DNA of 62,222 nt from Actinomycetota bacterium (GCA_947448865.1 CANFOW010000004.1:1-62222), one strand, 5' to 3'; counted from the first letter of the stretch, positions 9,950 through 21,852 are shown. A program made the numbers and translations. Notes: generated by a model not told the origin, from the sequence alone.

Positions 9950-10809
9950 CTCTCGAGCGCAAACCGAATGCGTGTGCCCGGAGTGACCTGAGCAAGCGTT
10001 GACATGTCACGCGGATCCACAATGCCAATGACGGGATACCCGGCCGTTGTGGGATGGTCAGGACCGAAAATCAACGGAACTCCATCGACGGGCACTTGAA
10101 TCGAACCCATTGCAACGCCTTCACTAGCGAGTCTGCGAGTTGTATCCCATGTGAATGAGTGCCCGTCGAGTCGCACTCCCACCCGATTCAACTTGCTGGT
10201 CACAACGAAGTTTGCTGATGTGATGCTGGACGCATTGCCAAACCAATCCCACCGTGGTCCGCGCCACACTCTGAGCGTCACTGAGTCCGACAATGAGACG
10301 CCTCTGACTGGCCCGAGCGAATTCGGCAAGTCACTCACACTGTCGTTGCCTATCGGCAATGAATCTCCCTGGGCTAACGGTCTTGGTCCTAACCGTGCAA
10401 GTTCGTCGAAACTACGCGACCCCATCACAGGTTCGACATCAAATCCGCCTCGAATCGCGATGTACGTCCGCAAGGCCAATTGAGACGGTTGGATGGCTAC
10501 GACAACATCCTTGCGAACAAAGAGTGGCTCATTCATTGCTTGCTCGTATCCAGCCACCTGAATGCTCACAGGCGCTCCTGTCACGGCGATTTCGCAGTTC
10601 GTGTTGGCGACAAACACAAGCTGAGCCCGACAAGATTCCACAGCTGCTGCGCGTGGCGAGTTACCCAGAATCCGGTTTGCTAGCGAGAACGAGGCTCTGT
10701 CAAAAGCACCACCTGTAGGAACGGCTAGATGCGCGACTCCCCTGCGTCCTTCGTCTTGCAGGCTGGCAAATCCAACGCATGACACGACCTGAATTGATGT
10801 CATGACCAC
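9946..10809 (-). CDS. pxpC: 5-oxoprolinase subunit C / carboxyltransferase (AHS2) domain
   Basis: LQDEGR, ANRILGN, GSIQVP and PTTAGYPVIG motifs. Confidence 0.85.
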   Translation of the reverse strand: MVMTSIQVVSCVGFASLQDEGRRGVAHLAVPTGGAFDRASFSLANRILGNSPRAAAVESCRAQLVFVANTNCEIAVTGAPVSIQVAGYEQAMNEPLFVRKDVVVAIQPSQLALRTYIAIRGGFDVEPVMGSRSFDELARLGPRPLAQGDSLPIGNDSVSDLPNSLGPVRGVSLSDSVTLRVWRGPRWDWFGNASSITSANFVVTSKLNRVGVRLDGHSFTWDTTRRLASEGVAMGSIQVPVDGVPLIFGPDHPTTAGYPVIGIVDPRDMSTLAQVTPGTRIRFALES

Positions 10810-11405
10810 ACCTGCACGAACCGCACAGTGTCTCCGGGCGACAGGAACGACACGGGATTGCGCGCAATGTCGAACATCGGGACAGTCGTTGTACCTAGCA
10901 GGTGCCAGCCACCAGGCGACTCAATCGGATAAACCGCCGAATAAAGGTCTGCTATCGCCACAGAGCCCGCAGGAACCGCAACGCGCGGACTTGAACGTCT
11001 TGGCAGGACCAACTGGCTCGCAAGCCCTGTGCAGTACATAAAACCCGGAGCAAAGCCTGCAAACGCCGCGTAGAACGTCGTTGTTGTATGTAGTTCGATG
11101 ACCTGCGCAACGCTCAAACCAGTGGCTAATGCCACATCAGCTAAATCAGCGCCGTCATAACTCACAGGTATTTCGCAAAGACGACCTGAATCATTTGCCA
11201 GGTGCTCTGGTGCCGAGTGAGCTAGCTCGAGTATCTGCTGGTGAGTGATCGCAACTACGGGATCCCACGTCACGAGTACAGACAGTTCCGATGGAACCAC
11301 GTCCACAAAGTAACCCGATTCCCGCATCGTGTGAGCAACAGATAAAACAGATTCACTTGGGCAATCAATGAGACACGCTAGCGGCCCACACGGGCGAATG
11401 TTCAT
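10800..11405 (-). CDS. pxpB: 5-oxoprolinase subunit B / AHS1 domain
   Basis: IPVSYDGADL, GFAPGFMY and SPGGWHLLG motifs. Confidence 0.85.
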   Translation of the reverse strand: MNIRPCGPLACLIDCPSESVLSVAHTMRESGYFVDVVPSELSVLVTWDPVVAITHQQILELAHSAPEHLANDSGRLCEIPVSYDGADLADVALATGLSVAQVIELHTTTTFYAAFAGFAPGFMYCTGLASQLVLPRRSSPRVAVPAGSVAIADLYSAVYPIESPGGWHLLGTTTVPMFDIARNPVSFLSPGDTVRFVQVWS

Positions 11406-11408
11406 GAC

Positions 11409-12161
11409 TTAATCGAGCCACGATTTCAAAGTAAATCCATGCGCAACTAAGTCATCGTGAATTGTGCGAGCGTTATCAACCGCGCCAGGAGTGTCTCCAT
11501 GTAAACAAATTGATTCAGCATCGATTGTCACAGTCGAGCCGTCCGTTGCCGTAATAGTTCCTGTTCGTAACCAATCCATAACGCGATTGGAAATGAATTC
11601 CGAATCATGAAGCACGGAGCCTTCCATGGAACGTGGCGCCAAAGTTCCACTCGGCAAATACGCGCGGTCAGCAAAAAATTCGTGCGCAACGTACAGTCCA
11701 CGTTTCATTGCGGCTTCGAGAATGACCGGTGTGTGCGGAACCAAAACCTGTAATGAACTATCGATGTCAGCAATTGCGTCTGTTACTGCTCGCGCTTGTT
11801 GCGCATCGCGTCCAATTCGGTGATACAGAGCACCGTGTGGTTTTACATATCGCAATGTTGCACCGAGTGGTTCCGCAATACTTTTCAATAACTCGATTTG
11901 TTTGCGCGTGAGAGCGTACAAATCCGAGTACGACATCTCAACATCGTCACGACCAAAATTTTCGCGATCTGCGTATCCCACGTGAGCACCAATACTGACA
12001 TTGTGCGCAAGTGCCGCACTTACTGCTTCACGCATTGCATCAGGTCCACCAGCATGTTCCCCACAGCACACGTTGGCACTTGTGAGAAACGGATACATGG
12101 CAGCGTCATCGCCGCATTCTTCAGCTAGATCCGCATTCAGATCTATTGCAGTTACTGCCAC
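11409..12161 (-). CDS. pxpA: 5-oxoprolinase subunit A (LamB/YcsF)
   Basis: DLNADLAE, SANVCCGEHAG, YVKPHGALY, FADRAY and ICLHGD motifs. Confidence 0.9.
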   Translation of the reverse strand: MAVTAIDLNADLAEECGDDAAMYPFLTSANVCCGEHAGGPDAMREAVSAALAHNVSIGAHVGYADRENFGRDDVEMSYSDLYALTRKQIELLKSIAEPLGATLRYVKPHGALYHRIGRDAQQARAVTDAIADIDSSLQVLVPHTPVILEAAMKRGLYVAHEFFADRAYLPSGTLAPRSMEGSVLHDSEFISNRVMDWLRTGTITATDGSTVTIDAESICLHGDTPGAVDNARTIHDDLVAHGFTLKSWLD

Positions 12162-12988
12162 TGCGGGAATACCAATCCATGATTTCCAGCATATGCAGCA
12201 CGCGTAGGCTGCTTCCAGCCCTCAAGAAGGGCCTCGCTTGGCTTGTACACCTCAATGCCTAATGGTCGGCACACATCTAGTGGATCGCGCGCGTCAGGTC
12301 CCCACAACGGCACAGACAGATCTCCACCAGGACATGTTGACAAAGCTGCAAGTAAATCGATTTCCGCAAAGAATTCGAAGTAGTCACCCTTTTTGGCAGG
12401 GCAAGTTTTCATAAAGTACTGATCTTGGTCATTTAATCCCGTGCATTGGAAAACATTGAGCACATCATGCACATCGAATTCCGTTAACCCATGCGGTAAA
12501 ACTGCTCGCACAAGATTTGAATGACAGTGGTAATCAAAGTCTTCGCCTGTCAGCATGCGATTCACATATGGATCACAGCGAGTACCCAACAAGTCATGCA
12601 CGCGACCACCTTGTGCATCGCGACCATAGTCAGCCAAGCTATCGAAAGTGATGGTGGCCATCGGACGTAGGAACGGCAAAATTGACCACAGTCGGTTGAA
12701 CGTTGTCAGGTGGGCGGCATGAAGTTGCTTTGTGCGCGATGCCCAGAACCGTTCCCGGGGATCATTAAGGCTCCACAAATTTAAGTCAGCAACCTGCGGA
12801 CCTTCAATTGTGACAATCCGACACAAGTGACCCGCTGGAATTTTCCACGCGCGTCCGCTACGAATTGGCAGAACGAACGAGTCAACGAGTTCTCGACCGT
12901 CGTCCTGCGCTAACGCACCATAAAAGGCGCGATCAACATCGAGTGGTCCACCTGCGGTGGCTTGATAAGCAGCTGCTGTTAAGTCCAT
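12152..12988 (-). CDS. DUF1989 (urea/guanidine carboxylase-associated family) protein
   Basis: GPQVADLNLW, HDLLGTRC, CHSNL and STCPGGD motifs. Confidence 0.85.
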   Translation of the reverse strand: MDLTAAAYQATAGGPLDVDRAFYGALAQDDGRELVDSFVLPIRSGRAWKIPAGHLCRIVTIEGPQVADLNLWSLNDPRERFWASRTKQLHAAHLTTFNRLWSILPFLRPMATITFDSLADYGRDAQGGRVHDLLGTRCDPYVNRMLTGEDFDYHCHSNLVRAVLPHGLTEFDVHDVLNVFQCTGLNDQDQYFMKTCPAKKGDYFEFFAEIDLLAALSTCPGGDLSVPLWGPDARDPLDVCRPLGIEVYKPSEALLEGWKQPTRAAYAGNHGLVFPQWQ

Positions 12989-13027
12989 GCCTCGATAGTA
13001 CAGACGCGGACAAGAAATGCTTCGCTA

Positions 13028-13975
13028 TTACTTCGCAAGTGCCATGAGTGACATGATCTCGTAGGACAATGTCGCTGCAGCAAGTGATGTGATTTCCGCA
13101 TGGTCATAGGCAGGGCTGACTTCAACAATGTCAGCGCCGACCATTTGATCTCGCGGCAAGGCGCGCACCATGGACAGTAATTCACGGGACGTGAATCCAC
13201 CCATTTCTGGTGTACCCGTTCCTGGAGCAAACGCAGGGTCAAGAACGTCAATATCAATGGACAGGTAGTACGGCTGATCGCCCACGCGCTGTTTCGCAAG
13301 GCCGATGACTTCATCAACACCCATGCGATCAAAATCCGATGCACGCACTGTGGAGAATCCGAAGCGCTTATCGTCATCTAAATCGCTGCGGTCATAAAGC
13401 GGTCCACGGATGCCGACGTGAAGTGATGAATCTTCGATCAGTAGGCCTTCTTCGAATGCGCGGCGCATGAATGTGCCGTGTGTTCGTTCAGCACCAAAGT
13501 AGGTGTCCCACGTATCAAGGTGCGCATCAAAGTGAATCACTGCGATTGGTCCATGTACTGCGACCATTGAGCGCAAGATTCCCAATGTGATGGTGTGATC
13601 GCCACCAAGAGTGACTAGTTTGTGTGAATCGCTGATGTATTCCGCAGACACTTCATTGATTTGTTTCAGTGCACTATCAATATCAAATGGGTTACATGGG
13701 ACATCGCCCGCATCAACGGCTTGGATGGTGCGGAATGGAGCGATCTGCAAATCAGGATGATACGCAGGACGCAAGTGTCGCGATGCTTGTCTGATAGCCG
13801 TCGGCCCAAAGCGGGCACCGGGACGGAAAGAAACGCCGCCGTCAAAAGGGGCACCTAAAACTGCAACGTCATAATCCGATACCTGGTCGATGCGTGGAAG
13901 GCGCGCAAACGTAGATTCACCTGCGAATCGAGGGACTTTCGTACCGTCTACGGGACCAATAATGTTTTCGCTCAT
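13028..13975 (-). CDS. speB: Ureohydrolase (agmatinase/guanidinobutyrase-like)
   Basis: GARFGP, GGDHT, DAHLD, SIDIDVLDPAFAPGTG and VEVSP motifs; exact substrate unknown. Confidence 0.85.
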   Translation of the reverse strand: MSENIIGPVDGTKVPRFAGESTFARLPRIDQVSDYDVAVLGAPFDGGVSFRPGARFGPTAIRQASRHLRPAYHPDLQIAPFRTIQAVDAGDVPCNPFDIDSALKQINEVSAEYISDSHKLVTLGGDHTITLGILRSMVAVHGPIAVIHFDAHLDTWDTYFGAERTHGTFMRRAFEEGLLIEDSSLHVGIRGPLYDRSDLDDDKRFGFSTVRASDFDRMGVDEVIGLAKQRVGDQPYYLSIDIDVLDPAFAPGTGTPEMGGFTSRELLSMVRALPRDQMVGADIVEVSPAYDHAEITSLAAATLSYEIMSLMALAK

Positions 13976-13984
13976 GTAGATACT

Positions 13985-16462
13985 TTAGCCACGAAGTCGA
14001 GAATTACTGGGGTCATAAAATGCTTCGTCACTCACAGTGGCTTGGGTCATTTCCCCAGCGCAATCAACTATGTAGTTTGCGTCTGCTGGCAAATCCGCCT
14101 CAATAAACGCAACACCAACTGCAGAGCCAACGGTATGTCCAAAAGCCCCAGACGTAACGTGACCGACGATGCGACCGTCACGAAGCACAGACTCATCATG
14201 AATCAAAAGAAGCTTCGGATTTGCAAGTTTGATGTAAACCTGACGATGTGTACGGCTCCCCTTCTTGGCAGCGATCGCATCGCGACCTACGAAGCCACCG
14301 GGCTTATCTAACGCCACCGTGAATCCCAGTGACGCGCTGTACGGATCGTCAATTGGTCCGATGTCGTGGCCGAGATGGCGATAACCCTTTTCCACGCGCA
14401 AGCTGTCTAGTGCGTGATATCCCGCGCGCACAATCCCAAGGTCCGAGCCCGCCTCAATAACCGCGTCGTACACATTAACTGAGAGGTCAGGAGTGGGATA
14501 CAACTCGTATCCGAGTTCACCGACGAAACTCACGCGTAGGCACAACGCATACCCGTCAGCAACTTGAATAGTGCGTGCTGTGCCCCACGGCTGGGCGTCA
14601 TTCGAAAAATCATCTGGCGAAATGCGTTGCAGTAACTCGCGCGAACGTGGACCCATGATTGCGATCGTTGCAAGCGAAGTCGTGCAATCAATAACAGCAG
14701 CGGCAAAAGTGCGAGCCGCCCGGTTAAACATGGCCAACGTTTTTGTCAAAGCAGATGTTGGTGTGACAACAAGGAATCGGTCATGAGCCAATCGAGTGAC
14801 AGTACCGTCGAGTTCGATACCTCCACCTTTGTTGAGCATCAACGTGTACACAACTTTGCCAATGGGCACATCAAGATTTGCTGTGCACACAGATTGGACG
14901 ACCTGTAACGCATCCCAACCTTGGACTTCCACTTTGCTGAACGTTGACAGATCGAAAACCGCTACTGCTTCGCGAGCCGCTTTGTGTTCCCGAGCAGAAT
15001 GCTCAAACCAATTTTGGCGACCGTAGCTGTACTCGTACTCCCGAGCAACCCCCTGAGGTGCAAACCAATTAGCCCGCTCAAAACCCACTAGTTCCCCAAA
15101 GACGGCGCCAGCTGCATCAAGACGATCGTGTAGTGGTGTCCGTCGCACACCACGAGCAGTACGAGGCTGCAAATGTGGCCAATGCATCGCGTATAAACGA
15201 CCAAGGCCTTCGCGAGTGCGCTCGTTTAAGTAGCGTCGGTTTGCTTGTTGACCAGCAAAGCGTTGCACGTCAACAGCTGACACGTCTGATGTTGGCGACC
15301 CAGCAACTATCCACTCTGCGAGCGCACGACCAGCACCTGGTGCGTAAATAATTCCCTGACTGTTAAATCCGGCCGCGACCCATAGTCCGTTAACTTCTGC
15401 AGTTTCACCAAGGCAGAAATTCGCATCTGGCGTAAATGATTCAGGTGCATTCAAGAATCGTTCGTACTTCGTATCACGTAACACTGGAACAATCTCTTGT
15501 GCGTTGTGACGAATCTGAGCGAAGTGTTCCCAGTCTGGTTCAAATTCTCCGAATGAAAAGTTCGACGGGAGACTCTTGGGATCGACAGGAATGCCATCAG
15601 GTTCAAAAGCTCCCACGAGCAAGCCGCCTGCATTTTGCCGAATGTACAAATAGCCATCAAGATCGCGCAAAACCGGGAGTGGCTCCTGTGCGCCATCGAC
15701 TGCTTCAGTTCTCACATGCACATGTGCTGCTGGCCACAGCGGAACTTTGGCGCCACACATCTCAGCAAGATCGCGGGTCCACAAACCTGCTGCCAGAACT
15801 ACGTTCTCGGTTTCAATTTCACCGAGATCTGTTTCTACATGCGACACACGACCATTAACAGTTCTAATACCTGTGACGCAAACACCTTCGCGAAAAGTGA
15901 CACCTTGAGCGTGTGCACCAGTTGCTAAAGCAAGCGCCGTCAAGCCTGGGTTTACATGGCCATCAAGCGGGTGAAACATTCCGCCCAGTAACTTCTTTTT
16001 TGAAATAAGCGGATGCAATTCACTAATGCGCTTTGGTGAAACTAATTCACTCGGAAGACCAGCATGACGGGCAACCATGTCGGAGTAACGGACTTCATCC
16101 ATTCGACCTTTAGTACGACATAAAGTAATCGACCCAGGTTGACGAAGATTAATGTCAACACCGGTTTCTTTTTCCAAACGTGAATACAACTCAACGCCGT
16201 AACGAGATAACTTCGTTAATGCATGCGATCCGCGACCGTTCGCAATGAGTCCAGCAGCATGCCAGCTTGTACCTGATGCAATTGCACTGCGTTCAAGGAC
16301 AAGCACATCTTTGTGTCCCAATTGCGCCAAGTGGTACGCGATACTCGAGCCAATAATTCCCCCACCGACGACAACCGTAGTTGCTCGAGATGGCAACACG
16401 CGTGTTCGAGCCTCGGGGTCGAATTGTGTTGCTGATATGTCTCTTTCAAGCAGACGATCCAT
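13985..16462 (-). CDS. GcvT-family FAD-dependent oxidoreductase (sarcosine/dimethylglycine dehydrogenase-like)
   Basis: GGGIIG FAD motif, TSWHAAG covalent-flavin His, ESFTPD, C-terminal folate-binding domain (SFVGELGYEL, LRVEKGY); start revised to ATG 16462. Confidence 0.9.
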   Translation of the reverse strand: MDRLLERDISATQFDPEARTRVLPSRATTVVVGGGIIGSSIAYHLAQLGHKDVLVLERSAIASGTSWHAAGLIANGRGSHALTKLSRYGVELYSRLEKETGVDINLRQPGSITLCRTKGRMDEVRYSDMVARHAGLPSELVSPKRISELHPLISKKKLLGGMFHPLDGHVNPGLTALALATGAHAQGVTFREGVCVTGIRTVNGRVSHVETDLGEIETENVVLAAGLWTRDLAEMCGAKVPLWPAAHVHVRTEAVDGAQEPLPVLRDLDGYLYIRQNAGGLLVGAFEPDGIPVDPKSLPSNFSFGEFEPDWEHFAQIRHNAQEIVPVLRDTKYERFLNAPESFTPDANFCLGETAEVNGLWVAAGFNSQGIIYAPGAGRALAEWIVAGSPTSDVSAVDVQRFAGQQANRRYLNERTREGLGRLYAMHWPHLQPRTARGVRRTPLHDRLDAAGAVFGELVGFERANWFAPQGVAREYEYSYGRQNWFEHSAREHKAAREAVAVFDLSTFSKVEVQGWDALQVVQSVCTANLDVPIGKVVYTLMLNKGGGIELDGTVTRLAHDRFLVVTPTSALTKTLAMFNRAARTFAAAVIDCTTSLATIAIMGPRSRELLQRISPDDFSNDAQPWGTARTIQVADGYALCLRVSFVGELGYELYPTPDLSVNVYDAVIEAGSDLGIVRAGYHALDSLRVEKGYRHLGHDIGPIDDPYSASLGFTVALDKPGGFVGRDAIAAKKGSRTHRQVYIKLANPKLLLIHDESVLRDGRIVGHVTSGAFGHTVGSAVGVAFIEADLPADANYIVDCAGEMTQATVSDEAFYDPSNSRLRG

Positions 16463-16550
16463 ACCCCCCAATCTACCTAGTAATAGATTCGGGCAATAGT
16501 GAAATGAGTTTTTGTGAGATTGCTCAACACCAATAGGCGTCGTACATCCC

Positions 16551-17327
16551 TTAAGACAACGAAACTGGTCCTTCGTGTTTAGCAATCCGGCCATCGCCTG
16601 AGGACTTACCAGTCATACGACGCAGAGCCCAGGGTACGAGAAATGATGTGACCCAACGAATAGTTGAACCACAACGTGCCACCAATCCAGGTTCCGACAT
16701 CGGTCCGATGGGCACGTCCCAATCGGAATCATGAGGCATGCCCAAGTTTGCGAGAACTGCTGACGCAACTCGTCTATGACCATCCGCATTCAAGTGGAGT
16801 CGATCGGGCGCGATGAGTCGCTTATCGAAAAACACTTCATGCGTATTTCCATCAAGGAGCAATGCGCCGACTTCGTTGGCAGTTTTGCGCACCATGTTAT
16901 TGAATCCGCCAAACCGCGAGTTCCACAACCGCTGAGTGCGGGTCTGAGGGTCAGCTACTTCTTGAACCGTAAACAGCATGACTTGTGCACCAGTAGCCGC
17001 AAGCCGACGGACTGTTTCTTGATACATAGAGAAAATAACGTCGGGCTCGTAGCCAGGTCGAAGAATGTTATTGGCGCCGGCATGAAATGACACAAGAGTT
17101 TGTGATCCCTCGATGAACTCAATGCCGAGTGGAATTTGATCGGCAACTACTTGTTCAAGTCGCTTACCGCGCACCGCGAGATTGAAATACTCAAAACCAG
17201 TCTGCTCGTGCGCAAGTACATATGCGACACGATCAGCCCAGCCAACATATTGACCCGCGACGATGTCATCACACAGGCCTTCGGTAATCGAGTCTCCGAA
17301 GGCGATAAACCGAGTAAATCTACTCAC
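16551..17327 (-). CDS. SGNH/GDSL hydrolase
   Basis: FGDSITEG, GAN and DRLH motifs; start revised to GTG 17327. Confidence 0.88.
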   Translation of the reverse strand: MSRFTRFIAFGDSITEGLCDDIVAGQYVGWADRVAYVLAHEQTGFEYFNLAVRGKRLEQVVADQIPLGIEFIEGSQTLVSFHAGANNILRPGYEPDVIFSMYQETVRRLAATGAQVMLFTVQEVADPQTRTQRLWNSRFGGFNNMVRKTANEVGALLLDGNTHEVFFDKRLIAPDRLHLNADGHRRVASAVLANLGMPHDSDWDVPIGPMSEPGLVARCGSTIRWVTSFLVPWALRRMTGKSSGDGRIAKHEGPVSLS

Positions 17328-17372
17328 GTGGCCATTGTCTCGCATTGTCTGGGTAGATATAAAATTATGAGC

Positions 17373-17756
17373 ATGACCCACGAACATTATGCCGAAGAAG
17401 CCGAACGGCAGTGGGGCACGACCGACGCATACGCTCAATCTCAGCAACGGCTATCTCGATATACGGATGAAGACATAGAGCTGTCTAAGAAACACCAACA
17501 AGAAGTCGTTGACCTATTTATTGGTGCAATGAACGACGGTCTTCCACCGGAAAGTGATCAGGCTCGCTACGCTGCAGAGTGCCATAGAACAGTTATCACG
17601 CAATGGTGGTACGACTGCTCGTACGACATACAAAGCAACCTGGCTGAAATGTACATTTCAGACTCACGATTCGCAGATCACTACAATTCACAACGCGAAG
17701 GGCTAGCCCAATACGTACACGATGCAATTATCGCCAACGCAATCGCAAGTCTCTAG
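17373..17756 (+). CDS. Stand-alone TipAS antibiotic-recognition domain protein
   Basis: EEAERQWGTTDAY..., LAEMYISDSRF..Y...GLAQYVHDAI; no MerR HTH. Confidence 0.82.
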   Translation: MTHEHYAEEAERQWGTTDAYAQSQQRLSRYTDEDIELSKKHQQEVVDLFIGAMNDGLPPESDQARYAAECHRTVITQWWYDCSYDIQSNLAEMYISDSRFADHYNSQREGLAQYVHDAIIANAIASL

Positions 17757-17767
17757 GACTGAAAAAA

Positions 17768-18127
17768 CTATTTGCGTTTTGATTCAATTTCGAAAAGTCG
17801 CGCCTTAATTAATTTACGCACCAGAACTTTTGGCAACGGTTTATCAGCACGAAAGTGAAGAGCGCCTTTGGTTGTTGAGTATGCCGCAACGTCGTCGGCC
17901 AGAGTCTCCAATGTTGATCCACTAAACGGGTAATAGGAACAACCTTTTTTAGTGGGCAAGAATCCGGCAACAATTCCCTCGCCTACCTTGAAGGCAGGCA
18001 TGTTGTAACTGATGATTTGTTGCGCATCGGGAACAATGTCGAGAATTATTTCGCGCATCGCCAGCAGAGTGCCTAATTGCGGTTCAGGAGTTCCTTCCAG
18101 CCACTCATCAACGACAGTGCGTGCCAT
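17768..18127 (-). CDS. DUF1801 (YdhG-like) protein
   Basis: ISYNMPAF and TKGALHF..KPLP.LVRKLI motifs. Confidence 0.8.
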   Translation of the reverse strand: MARTVVDEWLEGTPEPQLGTLLAMREIILDIVPDAQQIISYNMPAFKVGEGIVAGFLPTKKGCSYYPFSGSTLETLADDVAAYSTTKGALHFRADKPLPKVLVRKLIKARLFEIESKRK

Positions 18128-19552
<1,425 letters not shown>

Positions 19553-19699
19553 CTAATGAAAGGTCATGGCTCACTTAATCCAAGTAAGACCAGCAAAGTT
19601 ACAGCAGGCGTTGGATACAAGCTTTTTGAGTTACCACGAATCCGAATTCTTGCTAAAAGCCCACACTGGCAACGCACGCAGTTCTAAACTGACGTCATT

Positions 19700-21169
19700 A
19701 TGGCAAGCACACCTGGCGCAATAGCACGCAAGCAACTTCGCACACTTCCACTCGTTGCCTTGATTTATTTCAGCGTCTCTGGTGGCCCTTACGGTCTTGA
19801 AACTGCGATTTCAAGTTCGGGACCGGGCATGACAATGCTCATGCTCATTGTCATTCCATTAATTTTTAGCGTCCCATGTGCCCTGATGAATGCCGAACTT
19901 GGTTCTGCAATTCCACTACAAGGTGGCTACTACAACTGGGTGAAATTCGGCATGGGTCGCTTTTGGGGATTCATGGAAGGCGCATCAAGTTGGATTGCCT
20001 CATGGCTTGATACTGCCTTGTACCCTGTGTTGTTTATTGATTACTTAGCGGTCTGGTACCCAGCACTTGAGCGCGGAAACCATTCAGTTTTCTCACTGTG
20101 GGACGGCGCATTTTCCCTTGATCTGCACTGGGTCGCGGCAATTGTGTTCATGATTCCACTTGGATATCTCAATGCTCGAGGCTCTACGGCTGTAGGCAAC
20201 ACGTCCATAGGACTGTTCGTCGTCATAATCGCGCCGTTCATCATCGTGTCTATCTTGGGCCTTATTCAAGTAGCTCACACACCAGGACTAAATCCACTTC
20301 AGCCATTCACATTGCCAGACATGAGCAAGATGCAAGCAGCCGGAGCTGGTCTTGGTGTGATCATTTGGAACTACATCGGCTTTGATGCAGTGTCCACGGT
20401 TGGCGGTGAAACAGAAAAGCCAAGCCGCACATATCCTCTAGCGCTACTCATCTCTGTCCCACTCATTATGGTCACGTATTTATTCCCCATGTTCGCCTCC
20501 CTAGGTTCGGGGTTACACAATGAGGACGTCTCGCTGTGGGACAACGGAGACTTCGCTCTTGTCGGTGACTTACTCGGCGGACCATGGTTGAAAGGTGCAA
20601 TCGTTATCGGCGCACTTGTGTCACAAGTTGGTCTTTTTTCATCATTGCTGATGTCCGGATCGCGAGTGCCAGCGGTACTTGCAGCGGATCACTACCTTCC
20701 TGATGCTCTAGCCGAAGTGAATCCGAAAACTGGTACACCAGTGAAGTCCATCATCTTGAGCTGCGGAATCTTTGCAATCTTTACGGCTCTGAACTTTTCA
20801 ACTCTCATTGACGCAGACATCATGCTGAACATGTTCAGTATTTCGCTTGAGTTCATTGCGTTGATAGCCCTGAGGCGTAAATACCCACTCATGCGTAGAC
20901 CGTTTAAAGTACCCGGTGGAATGTTTGGGGCTGTTGCTATTTCGGTATTTCCAATCGCGCTGTGTTTGTGGATTATCCAAAGCGCATGGGTAGAAGAACC
21001 AGTTTCATTCTGGATTGGTGTCATCATGCTCGGTGGGTCAGCGTTGCTGTACCCAGTCCTAAATAAGTATGTGAAACGCGGACGACCAGATGATGTCCAT
21101 GTATCCGACACAATCGACTTTGGTCCAGGCATTGATACCGTAGCCATCTTGGCAGGGACTGTTAAGTAA
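19700..21169 (+). CDS. APC-family amino acid/polyamine permease
   Basis: YFSVSGGPYG, ELGSAIP..GG and RPFKVPGG motifs; about 12 TM segments. Confidence 0.85.
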   Translation: MASTPGAIARKQLRTLPLVALIYFSVSGGPYGLETAISSSGPGMTMLMLIVIPLIFSVPCALMNAELGSAIPLQGGYYNWVKFGMGRFWGFMEGASSWIASWLDTALYPVLFIDYLAVWYPALERGNHSVFSLWDGAFSLDLHWVAAIVFMIPLGYLNARGSTAVGNTSIGLFVVIIAPFIIVSILGLIQVAHTPGLNPLQPFTLPDMSKMQAAGAGLGVIIWNYIGFDAVSTVGGETEKPSRTYPLALLISVPLIMVTYLFPMFASLGSGLHNEDVSLWDNGDFALVGDLLGGPWLKGAIVIGALVSQVGLFSSLLMSGSRVPAVLAADHYLPDALAEVNPKTGTPVKSIILSCGIFAIFTALNFSTLIDADIMLNMFSISLEFIALIALRRKYPLMRRPFKVPGGMFGAVAISVFPIALCLWIIQSAWVEEPVSFWIGVIMLGGSALLYPVLNKYVKRGRPDDVHVSDTIDFGPGIDTVAILAGTVK

Positions 21170-21225
21170 TAACAGAGTTGGATGCGCTGGACTGTACGGC
21201 AATCTAAATTGCTTAGACAAGCAAC

Positions 21226-21852
21226 TTATCGCGCAAGCGCAGTGTGCAAAGTTTGGTTAAACACTTCCTGCGGTTGAGCACCCGAGATTCCGTACTTCAT
21301 ATCTACGACATAGAACGGCACACCGTTTGCACCAAGTTGATGTGCGAGTGCCTGATCCTGTTCAACAACATCTTCGAAGTCGTTAGATTTAAATATCTGA
21401 CGGATTGCTGGTTCATCGAGCCCTACGGAAACTCCGACTGCAACTAAGTCATCGTCTGAAAAAAGCGCGCCACTTTTTTCAAAATATGTTGAGTACATCG
21501 CTTCAAGTAGTTCGTCTTGCTTGCCGACAGATTCTGCATGAAGCAGGAGGCGATGCGCATTTCGAGTATTTCCCGACAGAGTGTCGGACAGGTCGTAACA
21601 CAATCCTTCGCCATCGGCTATGGCACACACATTGGCCTGCATCTCATCAACTTGCTCTTTGCCTAACCGATATTTTGTTGCCAATAATTCTGATGTTGGT
21701 TCCACACCCACAGCGGCAGGATTGAGTTGAAATGCGCGATGGCGAACAACTACTTCAGTGCCTTCGGGTAGCGACGCAATAGCTTTTTGTAATCGGCGGC
21801 GACCAATAAAGCACCATGGACACACAACATCCGACCACACATCGATAATCAT
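21226..21852 (-). CDS. DsbA-family oxidoreductase (FrnE-like)
   Basis: DVVCPWCFIG, GVPF and SGAQP motifs. Confidence 0.9.
   Translation of the reverse strand: MIIDVWSDVVCPWCFIGRRRLQKAIASLPEGTEVVVRHRAFQLNPAAVGVEPTSELLATKYRLGKEQVDEMQANVCAIADGEGLCYDLSDTLSGNTRNAHRLLLHAESVGKQDELLEAMYSTYFEKSGALFSDDDLVAVGVSVGLDEPAIRQIFKSNDFEDVVEQDQALAHQLGANGVPFYVVDMKYGISGAQPQEVFNQTLHTALAR

Noticed and set aside
16463-16550. Guanidine or glycine riboswitch upstream of the GcvT-ureohydrolase cluster
   Set aside because: No recognisable motif; the -10 hexamer 7 nt from the ATG indicates a leaderless transcript
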